Counted from the first letter of the stretch, positions 24,798 through 37,323 are shown. The stretch: DNA of 64,000 nt from Raja brachyura (GCA_963514005.1 OY740811.1:33108001-33172000); one strand, 5' to 3'. Notes: a model not told the origin generated them from the letters alone. Program-made: numbers and translations.

Positions 24798-26760
24798 CTA
24801 GTGTAAAAATATAGGGGAGATTCAACGCATCCAAATTATGAAAAGCATACGAACTACGCCAAAGCAATTGATCTAAAGTTTGTGAAGGATTTGATACTGA
24901 ACAGATAGAGCTTTGCACCATCACATTCTTGCTTGTTACCTTGTCAACCGACTGTAACTAAATTGGTCTATTAGCAGGATCCTGAATATTGTATCAGGGA
25001 GAGCTGGTCCATTTACACTTGCGATGTGTTGCTATATTTGTCACTAATGGCTGGTAAGATCGATCCCCTGACAGCGTTTAAAATTCAAATTTTGTATTTT
25101 GTCAGCATTGGACTGAGGGTGGCCAACCTCGCGTGCTAATCGTTTTGTTCATAGAATTCTTTAAAAATTGCACTGCAAACTTTGAACTAATTTAGAAAAG
25201 AGCAAAACCAAACAATAATTAATTTCATGACGAGTTTTCTTTGCTGAAACCCAATACTGGTACTTTGTCCCTTGTAACATCTCCATTCTTTTGAAAGACC
25301 TCCAAATCCTATAGTTTATTTGTGTTATTAAAACTCAAGATTCAAAAACGATTTTATTTTATTCATGGGATGTAAACATGTTCCTGCCAATAATTGCCCC
25401 TTGGATTGTGGACTAGTAATTCATGTCAGGGGGCAAGTAAGATTGGATAATTTCGTTCACAGAGGACATCAACGAGTCAGATTTTTTTCTTCCTTTATGA
25501 TCACCCTGTATGCTCATAGAAATCATAACTGAATTACTTGAATTTAAATTCGCCAATTCCAATTCATTTCTCTGGATCAAATGTAAGGTGTCAAAGTACT
25601 AAATACTAGTCTGGAAATTTAACCACTGCCAAGGCAGCTTGTTTACAACAGTTGCATGTTGCATAGAGTACGATGTACTTTATGCAACATGCAGCTCTAT
25701 GCAGTTGCAGATAATACTACGTTTATGTATCTGTACTTATGTACTGTTGCAAGTTAGAATTTCACTGTTCCGTTTCAGGACAAATGACAATAAAACTTGA
25801 CTTGACTCTTTTCAAAAACTGCACAATAATCAGAGCTTGTCAACTTGGTACAAGCTATGAATCAGAGCAAAGATTTCCATATTTCAAATCCACATCTCTT
25901 TGGTCCTTGCCTGGCCAAAACAGAAAATGTAACTGGATGCAGTTGAATGTTGCTGAGATTTAGCTGAACCGGTGCGTGCATGAACTCTATGCCTAACTGC
26001 AGCTTGCAGGACAAGTATGCTTTCCTGGATGCCAATGCAAGAGCACGAGGTTTTCACAATAACTTGGCCAGGAAGTTAAATACTGATACATTGGAGACCT
26101 GATTGGCAAAACAAAGTTTAAAGTAAACCCCAGGCCTTGCAGCTTATCATAAATTTTAAAAGAATTAAGAAACGACAGTATACATTATTGGGTTTCTGCA
26201 ACAAATCTGAAATCAAAATGCCCCCAATTTCAAATTCCTCAGCAATATGATCTAGAAATAATTCATTGAGTACAGAAAAGCTTTTATTGAAATAATAAAT
26301 CAAACAACACTGCTACTCTGTTCTTTGTGCGGAGATTTGGCTACTGCTGAAAGATCTTGTTGTCTGTGTAAGGACATAAAGTCTTTGGTGTTGGAAAATC
26401 CTATCCAGCAGTCTGTTCGCTAATAAGCCACGTCAGCCAGAAAATCAAAAGAGCGCACATAAACCCTTCAGGTCCCATGTCCCAGTGTATTGTAATTTAA
26501 ATTATTCAGATGAACGGGTGGGGGGGGAGGCTCCATGGACGTTCTTTAAAAAAAAAACAAAAGCTGTCACAACACCAGCACCAGAGGGTTTTAATATCTT
26601 TGTTCCCCCATAAATTACAAAATTGCAACAATTTTTAAAACCAAATAAAAAATGTGCCTACTTTTTAGGTTTTGAGCATTGGCAGTAGTTCCCATCACTA
26701 CATCCAATGATGTGCAGTCACAAGGACAAGAATACATACACTGATAACACAACACTCAGA

Positions 26761-26935
26761 CGTGTTTAAGAAAGAACTGCAGATGCTGGAAAAATCGAAG
26801 GTAGACAAAAATGCTGGTGAAACTCAGCGGGTGAGGCAGCATCTATGGAGCGAAGGGATAGGTGATTCCTTATTCACCTACGCTCCATAGATGCTGCCTC
26901 ACCCGCTGAGTTTCCTCAGCATTTTTGTCTACCTT
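26761..26935. mobile_element. Penelope-derived fold-back element with 11-bp TSD
   Basis: inverted arms; CAACACTCAGA at 26750-26760 and 26936-26946. Confidence 0.85.
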
Positions 26936-27611
26936 CAACACTCAGAAGTAATTGTTTAATGTTTTAGTACTCGGGAACGTATGCATACAGCTAACCTGTA
27001 GTACATTCAAGCAACAGCAAAAATCCATCCTTTCAATGTTGAATACAATCATTGGAAGCTAAAACAGAAGAATGAGTCAAAAATGCACAGCAGGTCAGTC
27101 TGCATTTGAATCAGAGCGTACAGTTTATTGGTTTGAATATAACATTTTCAAGAGCACTTGAATTTCTGTGTAAAATTACCCAAAACTGAATTGGCGAGGA
27201 TTGCAATGGATAGGCTGTGCCTTTCCAACTATTCCTGTTTTGCTTCAGATGTTCAATATTTGCTGTTTTTTTCTAACATCTGAGAACAGCATTAAACACA
27301 GGTGGTGATGTGGCACATAACCACTCTCAAATAGTACCAGATATTAGCCCCATCTAGTGGTTATTACAGCAGAATATTGTTCTGTCATTCAAATATTTCA
27401 ATGTAATAAATGCTGGGGCATAACATACTGCCAAATGGGGTTTTCCTTGTGGACCATTTGTCCCACAGCAATGGGAAAAGTGTGTTTGCATTATTGAAGC
27501 TCATTGAGCTTCTAAATGCGTTTTTTCCCATTTACAGCTTTAAGGATTATCATTAAGGTGTTTTCCATGTAAAGGCAAAATAAATCTATCTAGCAAAGTT
27601 ATTCATGTGAT

Positions 27612-27788
27612 CGACACACAATGCTGGAGTCACTCAGCGGGAAAGGCGCAATCTCTGGTTAGAATGAACGGGTAACGTTTCGGGTTGAGACCGTTCGAGG
27701 GGTCTTGACCCGAAACGTTACCCATTGCTTCTCTCCAGTGATGCTGCCTGTCCTGCTGAGTTACTGCAGCATTGTGTGTCTATCTTTG
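27612..27788. mobile_element. Penelope-derived fold-back element
   Basis: arms invert around ~27695 within the hammerhead motif. Confidence 0.75.
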
Positions 27789-28055
27789 GTGCTAGCCAAT
27801 TGTCTCACTTTTTCTAGCCTACAGAATTGTTACTTCACTAAGTTGGTGTCTTAACCTCCCCTATCCACTCATTGCGAACTGCCAAGGTTATACCAGCCAT
27901 CCCACATTTTCCATTTCGGGACCAGATCAGGTAGGTGGGTCCTGCACAATTTTACATTGAACATACTTGGTGCGTGGTGTAACAGCATGCATGTTCATGC
28001 ACAGTTATTACCTAAAGTATACAATGCTTTCTATTTTTAATTAATAAGATCTTAC

Positions 28056-28145
28056 CTGACAACTCACGGTTGTAATAATTTCCCGAAAGCGTAAAATTAG
28101 CCGACCCCTCTGGATTTGATCCCACTCTCTGCAGGAAGTATAATC
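28056..28145 (-). CDS. VPS13D: VPS13D exon (~ex37) RLYFLQRVGSNPEGSANFTLSGNYYNRELS
   Basis: tttattAG-type acceptor |GA, G|GTAAGA; 90 nt. Confidence 0.93.
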
Positions 28146-28171
28146 CTAAATAAAGAAAAGAATCCACTTTA

Positions 28172-28523
28172 AGGGCCTATCCCACTTACTCGATTTTTTC
28201 GGCGACTTGCCTGCACCCGTCGTAGTCGCAGCAGGTCTTGAAAATCTTCAACATGTTGAAAATCCAGCGGCGACCAGAAAAAGGTATGACTCTTTGGGCG
28301 ACTACTCACGACCATACAGGCGTCACCACGCGACTGCGTGAGTCGTGAGTTGTCACCCAAAGAGTCGTTCCTTTTTCTGGTCGACGCTGGATTTTTGACA
28401 TGTGTCGTACCTTTTTCTGTCGCCGTTGGATTTTCAACATGTTGAAGATTTTCGGAGACCTGCTGCAACTATGACGGGTGCCGGCAAGTCGCCAAAACAA
28501 ATTGCATAAATGGGACAGGCCCT
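28172..28523. mobile_element. PIF/Harbinger-type MITE with TTA TSD
   Basis: TTA-AGGGCCTATCCCACT ... TGGGACAGGCCCT-TTA; long imperfect internal inverted repeats. Confidence 0.85.
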
Positions 28524-29126
28524 TTAAGTATCTAAATATGAAAGGGTCCTGCTTCAATGATCAATAAAAACATGCTTAATAGATGAAACCCCTTCTATAG
28601 TTGCTCTAGAATTGTGCGTTCCATAGCCATCTGCTCTCAATCGCAATGGGATTATCTTTTGTCCTCAACACACAAATTCTCCTTCGGTAATTTCCAAATC
28701 ACATTGCTGCTAGCTGTATTTTGGTGTACTGCAACAAAATTGATGGATGGTTGGGTCCAGTTATATCTTGAGCTGTGGCAAAGGTATGATTTAATGAACT
28801 CTTGATCCAACACTGTCCTTGTTCTGCCTGGTAAGAGAGGGAGTGCAGAGGGGGAGCAGAAGTGTAAGAAACAGAGAGGGTTGAAAACCCTCACCAACCA
28901 TGGTCAAATGGAAGCCATGGTTAAAGAAAAATGAATCTGTTTTAAACGGACTGGTCAACAGAACTGTTGGAGTAGAGACGGAGAAACTGAGAAAATGGAA
29001 TAGAGTCCTTGCAGGAAGCTTGTTTTCACCTCGATGGGTTAGTATTGAATCAGACAGTGACTTTTCCCAACTTGTCTATTAAGGAAGCTGGAAGTCATTT
29101 TTAAGAGTGTTGTTCAAGTAACCTAC

Positions 29127-29327
29127 TTGAAAAGGTAAGTTCAGCAAGAGGTACGTCACAATCCATGCAGTCATCAATCAAGCAGATACAGATGCTCTCA
29201 GCTTTCACCTCGACCCCGGAGATAAGCAATGCTGCAGCTGCTCCACCATCACTGCTGATCGCTGCTGCACCTGCCGACACGGGCTCAGCGTTCTTAAACA
29301 ACCACATGGCTGCCTGATTCAGCTGGC
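29127..29327 (-). CDS. VPS13D: VPS13D exon (~ex36) GQLNQAAMWLFKNAEP...PLAELTFS (UBA C-terminal helix onward)
   Basis: gtgcAG|GC, A|GTAGGT; 201 nt. Confidence 0.93.
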
Positions 29328-29537
29328 CTGCACCGTTAGAAACAAACAGGAATTAAATTATTAAATATGTTCAGTAGCTCCGTTTATAACAAACAGTAAA
29401 ATGCTGTGGAATCAAAGTACCACCAATGCAGGTTATTATTTTAATTTGCAGCAAGAGCACTGGATAATGAGCAGGAAGCATGAATATTGGCTGATTTGGT
29501 TCTACCATTCCATGGATTGAAATTGGTGCAGCATAGG

Positions 29538-31266
29538 TAGGTATGTTACAAACCTTACCTTCATCAGATCTGCAGTTCTGTCACTGGTCGTGAGCGCGAC
29601 TTTGTCGCCTTTGAGGGTGGGGGGGGGAACGGGACGGGATTAAAATGCCGTATTTTCCTGCCTGTCCGAGATATATTTTCTTGGGCTACTACTTGATGCT
29701 GAAAAGTCGTTCCGACTGCCGTTCTTGGTAGTTTTTTTTAAAAACCTGCAGGACAATGCAATCACTGGAGTAAAATAAAAATCTACTTCTAACGTTGTCA
29801 ATGCCGACAACGGGACGGATCTCACGTCGGGGACAAACCATAAGGTAAGCCGTGTATTTTACATATAAACTTGCTTCTTAGGATTACTTTAATCAAAATT
29901 TAATTGGCGAAAATGTGATTAAAGCCCCATACGAACCGGCAGTGTTTTTCCTGCCGATATGGGGTTCAAATTCACCGCAACGTTCCAATCGATCGTGTTC
30001 CACAAAATCTCACTCGAAGGATGATTTAAATGGCCATTAATTTACGGGAATTAAACACTAAATTCCTTCCATTTGGCTTAAAATTCATGACAATGAGATT
30101 TAAAAATCATGTTATATTGTGAATTCTTGTGTGAATGTTATTTGGACAATTAGGCTATTTAAAAATGTTAACCTTTTCTTAAGAAATGGATAGATGTTTA
30201 GATCTAGTAATTGAATTTCGTAATTAGCTACAATTAGGCAACTAACTAATTATATGCTTTAATTTCAGGTCATCCAAGTAAGATTGTTTCATATTTGTTT
30301 CCGAATGCTTGAAGGTGGAATCTCATATAGATAGGGTGGTAAAGAAAGCTTTTGGTATGCTAGCCTTTATAAATCAGAGCATTGAGTATAGAAGCTGGGA
30401 TGTAATGTTAAAATTGTACAAGGCATTGGTGAGACCAAATCTGGAGTATGGTGTACAATTTTGGTTGCCCAATTATAGGAAGGATGTGAACAAAATAGAG
30501 AGGGTACAGAGGAGATTTACTAGAATGTTGCCTGGGTTTCAACAGCTAAGTTACAGAGATAGGTTGAATAAGTTAGGTCTTTATTCTCTGGAGCGCAGAA
30601 GGTTAAGGGGGGACTTGATAGAGGTCTTTAAAATGATGAGAGGGATAGACAGAGTTGATGTGGACAAGCTTTTCCCTATGAGAATAGGGAAGATTCAAAC
30701 AAGAGGACATGACTTTAGAATTAAGGGACAGAGGTTTAGGGGTAACATGAGGGGGAACTTCTTTACTCAGAGAGTGGTAGCGGTGTGGAATGAGCTTCCA
30801 GTGGAAGTGGTGGCGGCAGGTTCGTTGGTATCATTTAAAAATAAATTGGATAGGCATATGGATGAGAAGGGTATGGAGGGTTATGGTATGAGTGCAGGCA
30901 GGTGGGACTAAGGGAAAAAAGTTGTTCGGCATGGACTTGAAGGGCCGAGATGACCTGTTTCCGTGCTGTAATTGTTATATGGTTATATGGTTATATGCTT
31001 GAATCTATAATAACTGAAAATTTCATTCAGTTCTCTTAATTTTTAAGAAAGTTATGGACTGTCCTCGATCACAGCTTTTAAGTTAAGTCAATGGAAAAGC
31101 AATAGGGAACAAGATGCTAATTTCAGTATGAAAGTGGCCATAACTTTTTTAATACTGAAGATATGAGAGTGAATTAGGTGTCAAATTAAATTTTTTTTTG
31201 TGTTTTATCTGATGGGATAAATTGCAGACTTGATTTTTAAAATCTCAAAATTTTCTAACATTGCTG
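29538..31266. mobile_element. non-autonomous DNA transposon (hAT-like), ~1.04 kb excluding nested CR1
   Basis: imperfect 15-bp TIR TAGGTATGTTACAAA / CAGCAATGTTAGAAA (11/15); GCATAGG duplicated at 29531-29537 and 31267-31273. Confidence 0.65.
30309..30996 (+). mobile_element. 5'-truncated CR1-clade LINE: intact ORF2 C-terminus (30309-30911), 3' UTR, (GGTTATAT)n tail
   Basis: 200-aa ORF with LYKALVRPNLEYGVQFW, ERRRLRGDLIEVFK, TRGH, FFTQRVVAVWNELP; ATGCTTGAA at 30305-30313 and 30995-31003. Confidence 0.93.
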
Positions 31267-32010
31267 GCATAGGCAAGCAATAAATAAAGAAATTCTGGTG
31301 TGAAGTACTAAAGTTAGGCAATTCATCATCTTTATAGGAAATAGGATGCAAAGGCATCCTAACTTCCATAATTCTCAATAGACTGAAGGATCCGGAAACC
31401 ACAAGTTTATACATGTGTCAAAATATCAATCTGAATAAGAATGTTTCAAACAAGAGATATACGAGGACAGAGACACAAAAAGCTGGAGTAACTCAGCGGG
31501 ACAAAATCAGCAATCAAAATGAATTTGAATTAATGCCACTTTTAGATTATAACTAAAGGAATGTCCACAGAATGAATTTCCATGTTAAAGGAGAAATGTG
31601 CAGAGAACTTTCAATAGTGTTCTCTCTTCAAACCAGAAGAAGTGATATCTAAAGTGAAGCAGAAGAAGTCACTTTCACTCCATCTTTTCCCGATGTAGTA
31701 AGAAGCCAACAACCATAGAAGAAGGGGCCGTGTATGTTCTCCAGCTTTGGATTGCAACAATCATCCAGGCTACATTTTCATTCAGATTATTTTTAGTAAA
31801 AGCCTCTTTTGAAATGGGTCAGGAACACTGCAAATCACAAATTCCAGGAAACCAAATGGTTTTTAAATGTCTTTTCATAAACTATTTGATAAATTAGTCT
31901 TCATTTTTCCTCCTCTCCTCAAATTCCTGAGAATAATTTTCCATTCCAACATTAGGAGCATGACCAAAAATAATATACTCTACAGTTGGAATTACATGTA
32001 TGTTCTCTAC

Positions 32011-32085
32011 CTTTGGATTGCAGCAATGCTTTACGACAATCGTCCAAGTTAAATCCAAGGTCTTGGAGGCGATCCAGCTGCAACT
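32011..32085 (-). CDS. VPS13D: VPS13D exon (~ex35), UBA domain ELQLDRLQDLGFNLDDCRKALLQSK
   Basis: ttattgcAG|AG, G|GTAGAG; 75 nt; LGF loop typical of UBA. Confidence 0.93.
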
Positions 32086-33077
32086 CTGCAATAAAAAGAA
32101 AGAAAATGCTGATGTATAATTAGAACTAACAATCTCTGCATTTCACATGAGTTAAAGGTAATTTAAGGATTGTACATGCCTCTATATCACCTACATTGTA
32201 TATACAATTAGTACAAGCAACTGTTTTAATTCAAGAAAGGTAACCCCGTGGGAAAATGCGCAAAGCTGCAAAAACTTGTTACACCACTCCGCATTCACAG
32301 AATTGTAATCATTATTCAGCCACCATAATATGATGGTTCTTGACTGATTTCAAATGGAAAGGATTAATATCAAACAGCTAAGTCCAAATTGGAATTTTCC
32401 CCACTTTTACATCTTATAGACTTGCAATTTATAACGTGAATTTGTAAGCTGCCAAATAAAAAGGGGAAAACTTTTGGATTTTGACTTCAATTAACCATGG
32501 AGAGATTCGTAAATGACTCAATTAGGAGTTAATTCAAGTAATTTATAGAGAAGAATATTTTCTTTAATGAGGCAGTCATGATCTGATGAACTGACTAAGC
32601 TATCTTTTAACTGGAGTTTAAAAATAGTCAAGAATGATACAATGAAATCCTGACCTCACTTGCCCTGAATTAATTGAGTCTAGACAATTTGAATCCAACT
32701 TGCATTTCTAAATGTTGACATTAAAAAATAACCCATATACTTCGATATTAACTGGGAAACTCGTCAGGAAAGAATTAAAGAATGAGTAAGATGAGTGAGC
32801 CATTAAAGTACCATTGAACCATTGATAAAATAGCAGTTATCATATTCAGTAAAGTGCTTAATAGGTAGACATTGTGACAAATAGAGAAATTTAGAAGTGG
32901 AGATGATACATATTGAATAATAGTGAGATCGAGTACAGAATATAGAATCTTGAGAGGAATAGATCGGGTAGGCACACAGTCTTTTGCCAGAGTAGGGGAA
33001 TCGAGAACCAGAGAACATAGGTTTAAGGTGAAGGGGGGGAAGAATTACTAGGAATCTGACTTGATTGTGTTCATGTA

Positions 33078-33208
33078 TAGTTTAAGAAAGAACTGCAGAT
33101 GCTGGAAAAATCAAAGGTAGACAAAAATGGTAGAAAGCCAGCAGGTGAGGCAGTATCTATGGAGCGAAGGAATAGGTGACGTTTCAGGTCGAGACCCTTC
33201 TTCAGACT
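33078..33208. mobile_element. Penelope-derived short element (single arm)
   Basis: AAGAAAGAACTGCAGATGCTGG...GACCCTTCTTCAGACT family consensus. Confidence 0.8.
33178..33205 (-). ncRNA. minimal type I hammerhead ribozyme motif (best-preserved copy)
   Basis: CUGAAGA-A-GGGUC(UC)GACCU-GAAA-CG-UC: both core boxes, stem II, palindromic ACGU stem III, UC cleavage site; stem I weak. Confidence 0.55.
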
Positions 33209-33417
33209 GAGGTATACAGATGTGCTCATGTAAAGAATGCTTTGACTGGATAGCATGCAAACAATGTTTTCATTGTATCTCAGTGCATGTGACAATATTA
33301 AAGCAATACCATTTATAATTTGTCCAATACCATATTGGGAGCAGCTTGAGGGGCATGCAGACCACTGACAAAAAGGATAATCAATAAAGGGGTTGTGTTG
33401 CTCTGCCTATTATTTAC

Positions 33418-33634
33418 CAAGGACAGGATCTATTTGGTGTCCACTTGTTTCTTTTTTCCCAGATCCTGTTGTTGAGATGCCTGTCAAACAAAATGAGTTG
33501 GTATTGCCATTCATTGACCCAGGATCAGGCATGGCAGGCACTGCAGTAGTCTGCTTCGGTATAGACTTCACTATTGCCAGAAATAGCTGCACATCGTTGT
33601 ATGAAAGTCTGATGTCAAGACTGGAGAATTGAAT
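33418..33634 (-). CDS. VPS13D: VPS13D exon (~ex34) IQFSSLDIRLSYNDVQLF...IDPVL
   Basis: within ORF 33410..33643; tttcAG|ATT, G|GTAAAT; 217 nt. Confidence 0.95.
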
Positions 33635-33888
33635 CTGAAACACAAGAGCAAAATAAGTTTAAGATTACGACAGATATCTATGGGCTTCTTTTGTGCTGTA
33701 TCTATCTATAATTCTATTCTACGCATTATCTAGTCTTCTTTCTACTTTTGAAGATGAAAAAAGAAGCCTAGAGTGAAAAGATATCAGTAATATCTCTTAA
33801 ATTATTCGGTCTTAATTTTGAATTGTCATTGAAGCTCATCACTTTCGGGGGATAAAAACCTAGCAGCAACAGTCTTCTCCCTCATATC

Positions 33889-34238
33889 TTTAGAGATGCA
33901 GCACAGAAACAGGTCTGAAGAAGGGTCTTGATCCAAAACGTCACCCATTCCTTCTCCCCAGAGATGCTGCCTTCCCGCTTTTTGTGTCTATCTTCGACAG
34001 AAACAGGCCTATTGGCCCACCGAGTCTGCGCCAACCAGCTATCACATTAGGAACAATTTCAAGAAGCCAATTAACCTATAAACCTGTACGTCTTTGGAGC
34101 GTGGATGCACCTGGAGAAAACTCACGCGGTCACAGGGAGAACGTACAAACTCCATACAGACAGCATCCATAGTCAGGATCAAACCCGGGTCCCTGACACT
34201 GTAGGCAGCAACTCTACTGCTGCGCCACTGTGCCGCCC
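33889..34238 (-). mobile_element. HE1-type tRNA-derived V-SINE with a Penelope-derived element nested in its tail (33914-33996)
   Basis: reverse complement of SINE at 60015; nested element flanked by ACAGAAACAGG at 33903-33913 and 33997-34007. Confidence 0.8.
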
Positions 34239-36619
34239 CTTCTTCTTATTACATATTCTAAGACTGTTACTGATTTGCCAACAAACTACAGCACATGATC
34301 TATTTTAGACCAGCTGGTATTGACATCACCAAGTCAGATCTATAGTGTTTCCCAGTCGTTTTTTCAAGACTAACTTTCACTCTCATTTTCTTATTCTTGA
34401 AAAATGGCAGAGAAAGACTGTTAAAGGGAGACATTATTTCAGCTTTCTGTGGCATGGAAAAGACTCTTCTGCAAAAGGGTTGCAAGATTCTGGTCTCCAT
34501 CTTGGAATTAGGCAGTGGCATGAAGTCAATGATCAGGATTTAGGATTATGGTGCTCACAGATTGCACACTTGCCCTTCTTTTGGATACAAACGGACTATA
34601 TTTTTGCTCTCTCGGAATTAACAATATTGCCAAATGGGATACAGCAATCTTGTTAGAACCAATAAGATCTGGAACTTGTAAAGGCAGAAATTTGTATGGG
34701 AACCATTGATGTTCAGCCATTTGAATGGCCAATTTCAAAGCATGTGCTTTCAGACACATTTTATACACTGATGATGTGAATGGTTGGAGCATCTATTTTA
34801 GCTTTTTACTCTTGATGCTGTGCTAGTCTATTCAACCCAGTTTAATATCCGTAAGTGCTTTATCCAGATAAATGAGGTGGTTTAGCAATGGAAATAAGAA
34901 AAATTCCAACTAATTTGACTGTGTAAAGATAGTATGTAATTTTTAATGTTTTGCTTCTCTTTTCTTTCATCTAATTTCATCCACCTCCATGTATCCTCAC
35001 TCTCCTTTCCCACCTAGAGACCTTCAGTGTCAATTTCATGAACTTTGGCTGCCCTCCAGTAGCTCAGTCAAGTGTCCATTCTTCCCGTGTAAAGCTAGAC
35101 AGAGCCGCACACAGCATGCCTTCACTATGATAATTCCACTGAGGATAACCTCATCTTGTCTTAATCTTTAAAAGCTGAATAAATCTGCAAGTGATTATAA
35201 TGCATAGCATAAAACAGTAACCACATCCAAAATCCAACTCCTCCTATCTTCTTCAATCTGTTCTCTACCCTCAACTAAAAGTACCACCACATGTTTGCTT
35301 TGAACCCAGAAAATTACAGTGGCTTTATGACGAGGGCTTCAGACTGGTGTGTCACACCAATGTCTCATGCCACAGCCTGGGGAAATTAAAGCTTCTAAAA
35401 CTAACAAATAAAAATTGCTTCATTTACTGTTGATCTTCAAATTCAAGTCTCAATCTTATGTTGCAGTGGTGTAAAATTATATTCACTCATTATTGTTCTT
35501 GGAAATAGATGTTATAAATTAAGGCCCTTGATATAGAGCTTTGTGTAACAGTAATGCTCATTATAACTTAGGTCAAAGAGGGCAAAAGCTCATTAGAAAT
35601 GTAGGACGAAACTTATGTTCAGACTTTCTTAATCTTTACTCCAAATTCGTGATTTATTATACTATGATGTTCAGTTCAGGAGCACTAAATATATGATGTA
35701 TTTGTCCCTGTTGGATTACTACTCTGCATTGATCAAAATGTTAAATGGTTGAAGTTAAAAACTTCTTGGTTTCTGTTTGATTTAAAAACTCTTCTTTTCA
35801 AAGTCAAAAGCCTTTTTATCGTCCTTCATGATTTATGATTACATCTTACATCTGGAAATCCTTTACGACTTTGGCTCGACTTCCTCTGTTTCTCCATTCT
35901 GCAATTCATAAACTCTGGTGTCTAACTGCCTCAAGGTGATTTGCAAATTATGAGTATTGCTTAAAAGAGCAAATGAAGCAAGCAGGGAAAAGAAAGTAGC
36001 AATTCTATCCATGATTCTTGCATGTGATGCCCTGAGTAATAAGGGCTGGAAACTACAGTAGTGTCAGGGTTAGAGAAAGGTCAGCAAAGCAACTCAGCAA
36101 AATTGCCACTGGCAGTTTGAATAGCCCATGCGATTGAAATACTGATTGCAGGGAAAATCTTTGGTTTTCTTATAAAACATATGTATGGAAACGGAAGACA
36201 CAGTACTTTAATGTTAAATGTGCATTCCTTTACAAAAGTGATCTAATAAACAAGCATTTCAATTGAAATCTGTTCAATCACTAGACTGTAAATAGCTGCT
36301 ATTCCAATTAAAACACTGCTTGAATTTCTCTCTACTCTTCTTTAAACCCAAACTTACTGATTAATGACTTTGGCTTCTTCAGTAATATACTGACAAAAAT
36401 ATTGTCCGAACGTTTGAAAAGGATAGAACCTGCTGGAATCACAATAGTTCAGGCAGCATCCGTTGAAATGGAAACAGTAAACATGTCCAGCATTTCTATT
36501 ATTTCAGATTTTTAAAATTTTCATCTACCTTCAAATGTATGTCTCTTTCAAATTGAAAGATGCAAGAGTCAACTGCAGGAGCTTACACAAAGTATTTGGA
36601 AAAAGGGAACAGAGAAATA

Positions 36620-37041
36620 TGGGCCTGTCCCACTTAGGCTATTTTAGGTGACTGCCATTGACTGTCAAAGTCGCAGCAGGTCACCGAAAAACGGCGACTG
36701 GACCCCCCTTCGACATAAAATTTGAAATAGAATAATTTACTTTAACAACAAAAAAAACCCGAAGTTAACAAAAAAAAAAACAAAGTCAGCACCGGCGACA
36801 ACCTACGTCACCTGGCGACAACTACGGCAGCACCTACGTCAGGAGAAGTCAAGCTACGCTCATTGGCGTCAAACCCACTGCGCCAACTGTCTCCGAAACT
36901 GTTTCAACATGTTGAAAATCCAGCTGCAACCAGAAAAACACTACGACTTTTTGGGCGACTGAGGAGACTACTCATGACACCCCGGCGACCATGTGGCGAC
37001 AGCCTAGTCGCCTAAAAAATAGCCTAAGTGGGACAGGCCCT
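36620..37041. mobile_element. PIF/Harbinger-type MITE
   Basis: GGGCCTGTCCCACTTAGGCTATTTT ... AAAATAGCCTAAGTGGGACAGGCCC (25-bp inverted ends); GGCGAC repeats. Confidence 0.85.
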
Positions 37042-37167
37042 TTATTTTCCTTCTTCTTAACTAAGAAGCTAATCTGATTGTTGCACTCCAAACTACTGCA
37101 TAGCTAAGAACAATTAACAATCACAGATTGACAATCAAATCTCAGAAGTCATCTGTTAAAATGATAC

Positions 37168-37323
37168 CTCAAGCACTGGTGGGAAATCCTCACTACCAAA
37201 GGCATCTAGTAGGCCCGAGCTCCTCTGGTAGATCGGGTTGCCAATCAATTCTATCTGCACATTTACAGGATCGATAATGGACAATGCAGTCTCTTGCTCA
37301 CTGCCAAGTCGACACGAAAACAC
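37168..37323 (-). CDS. VPS13D: VPS13D exon (~ex33) VFSCRLGSEQETALSIIDP...DFPPVLE
   Basis: tttacAG|GTG, GAG|GTATCA; 156 nt. Confidence 0.94.

Noticed and set aside
29328-29345. CTAAC very close to an acceptor, suggesting a minor-class intron
   Set aside because: The matching donor is GTAGAG, not a U12 consensus.
30309-30911. 200-aa plus-strand ORF as a nested host gene
   Set aside because: It is the CR1 ORF2 C-terminus, 5'-truncated, with a LINE tail and TSD and no true start context.
37160-37167. Possible U12-type intron (donor GTATCATT)
   Set aside because: Mismatch to GTATCCTT, and the downstream acceptor at 33635 has an ordinary pyrimidine tract with no TCCTTAAC branch site.
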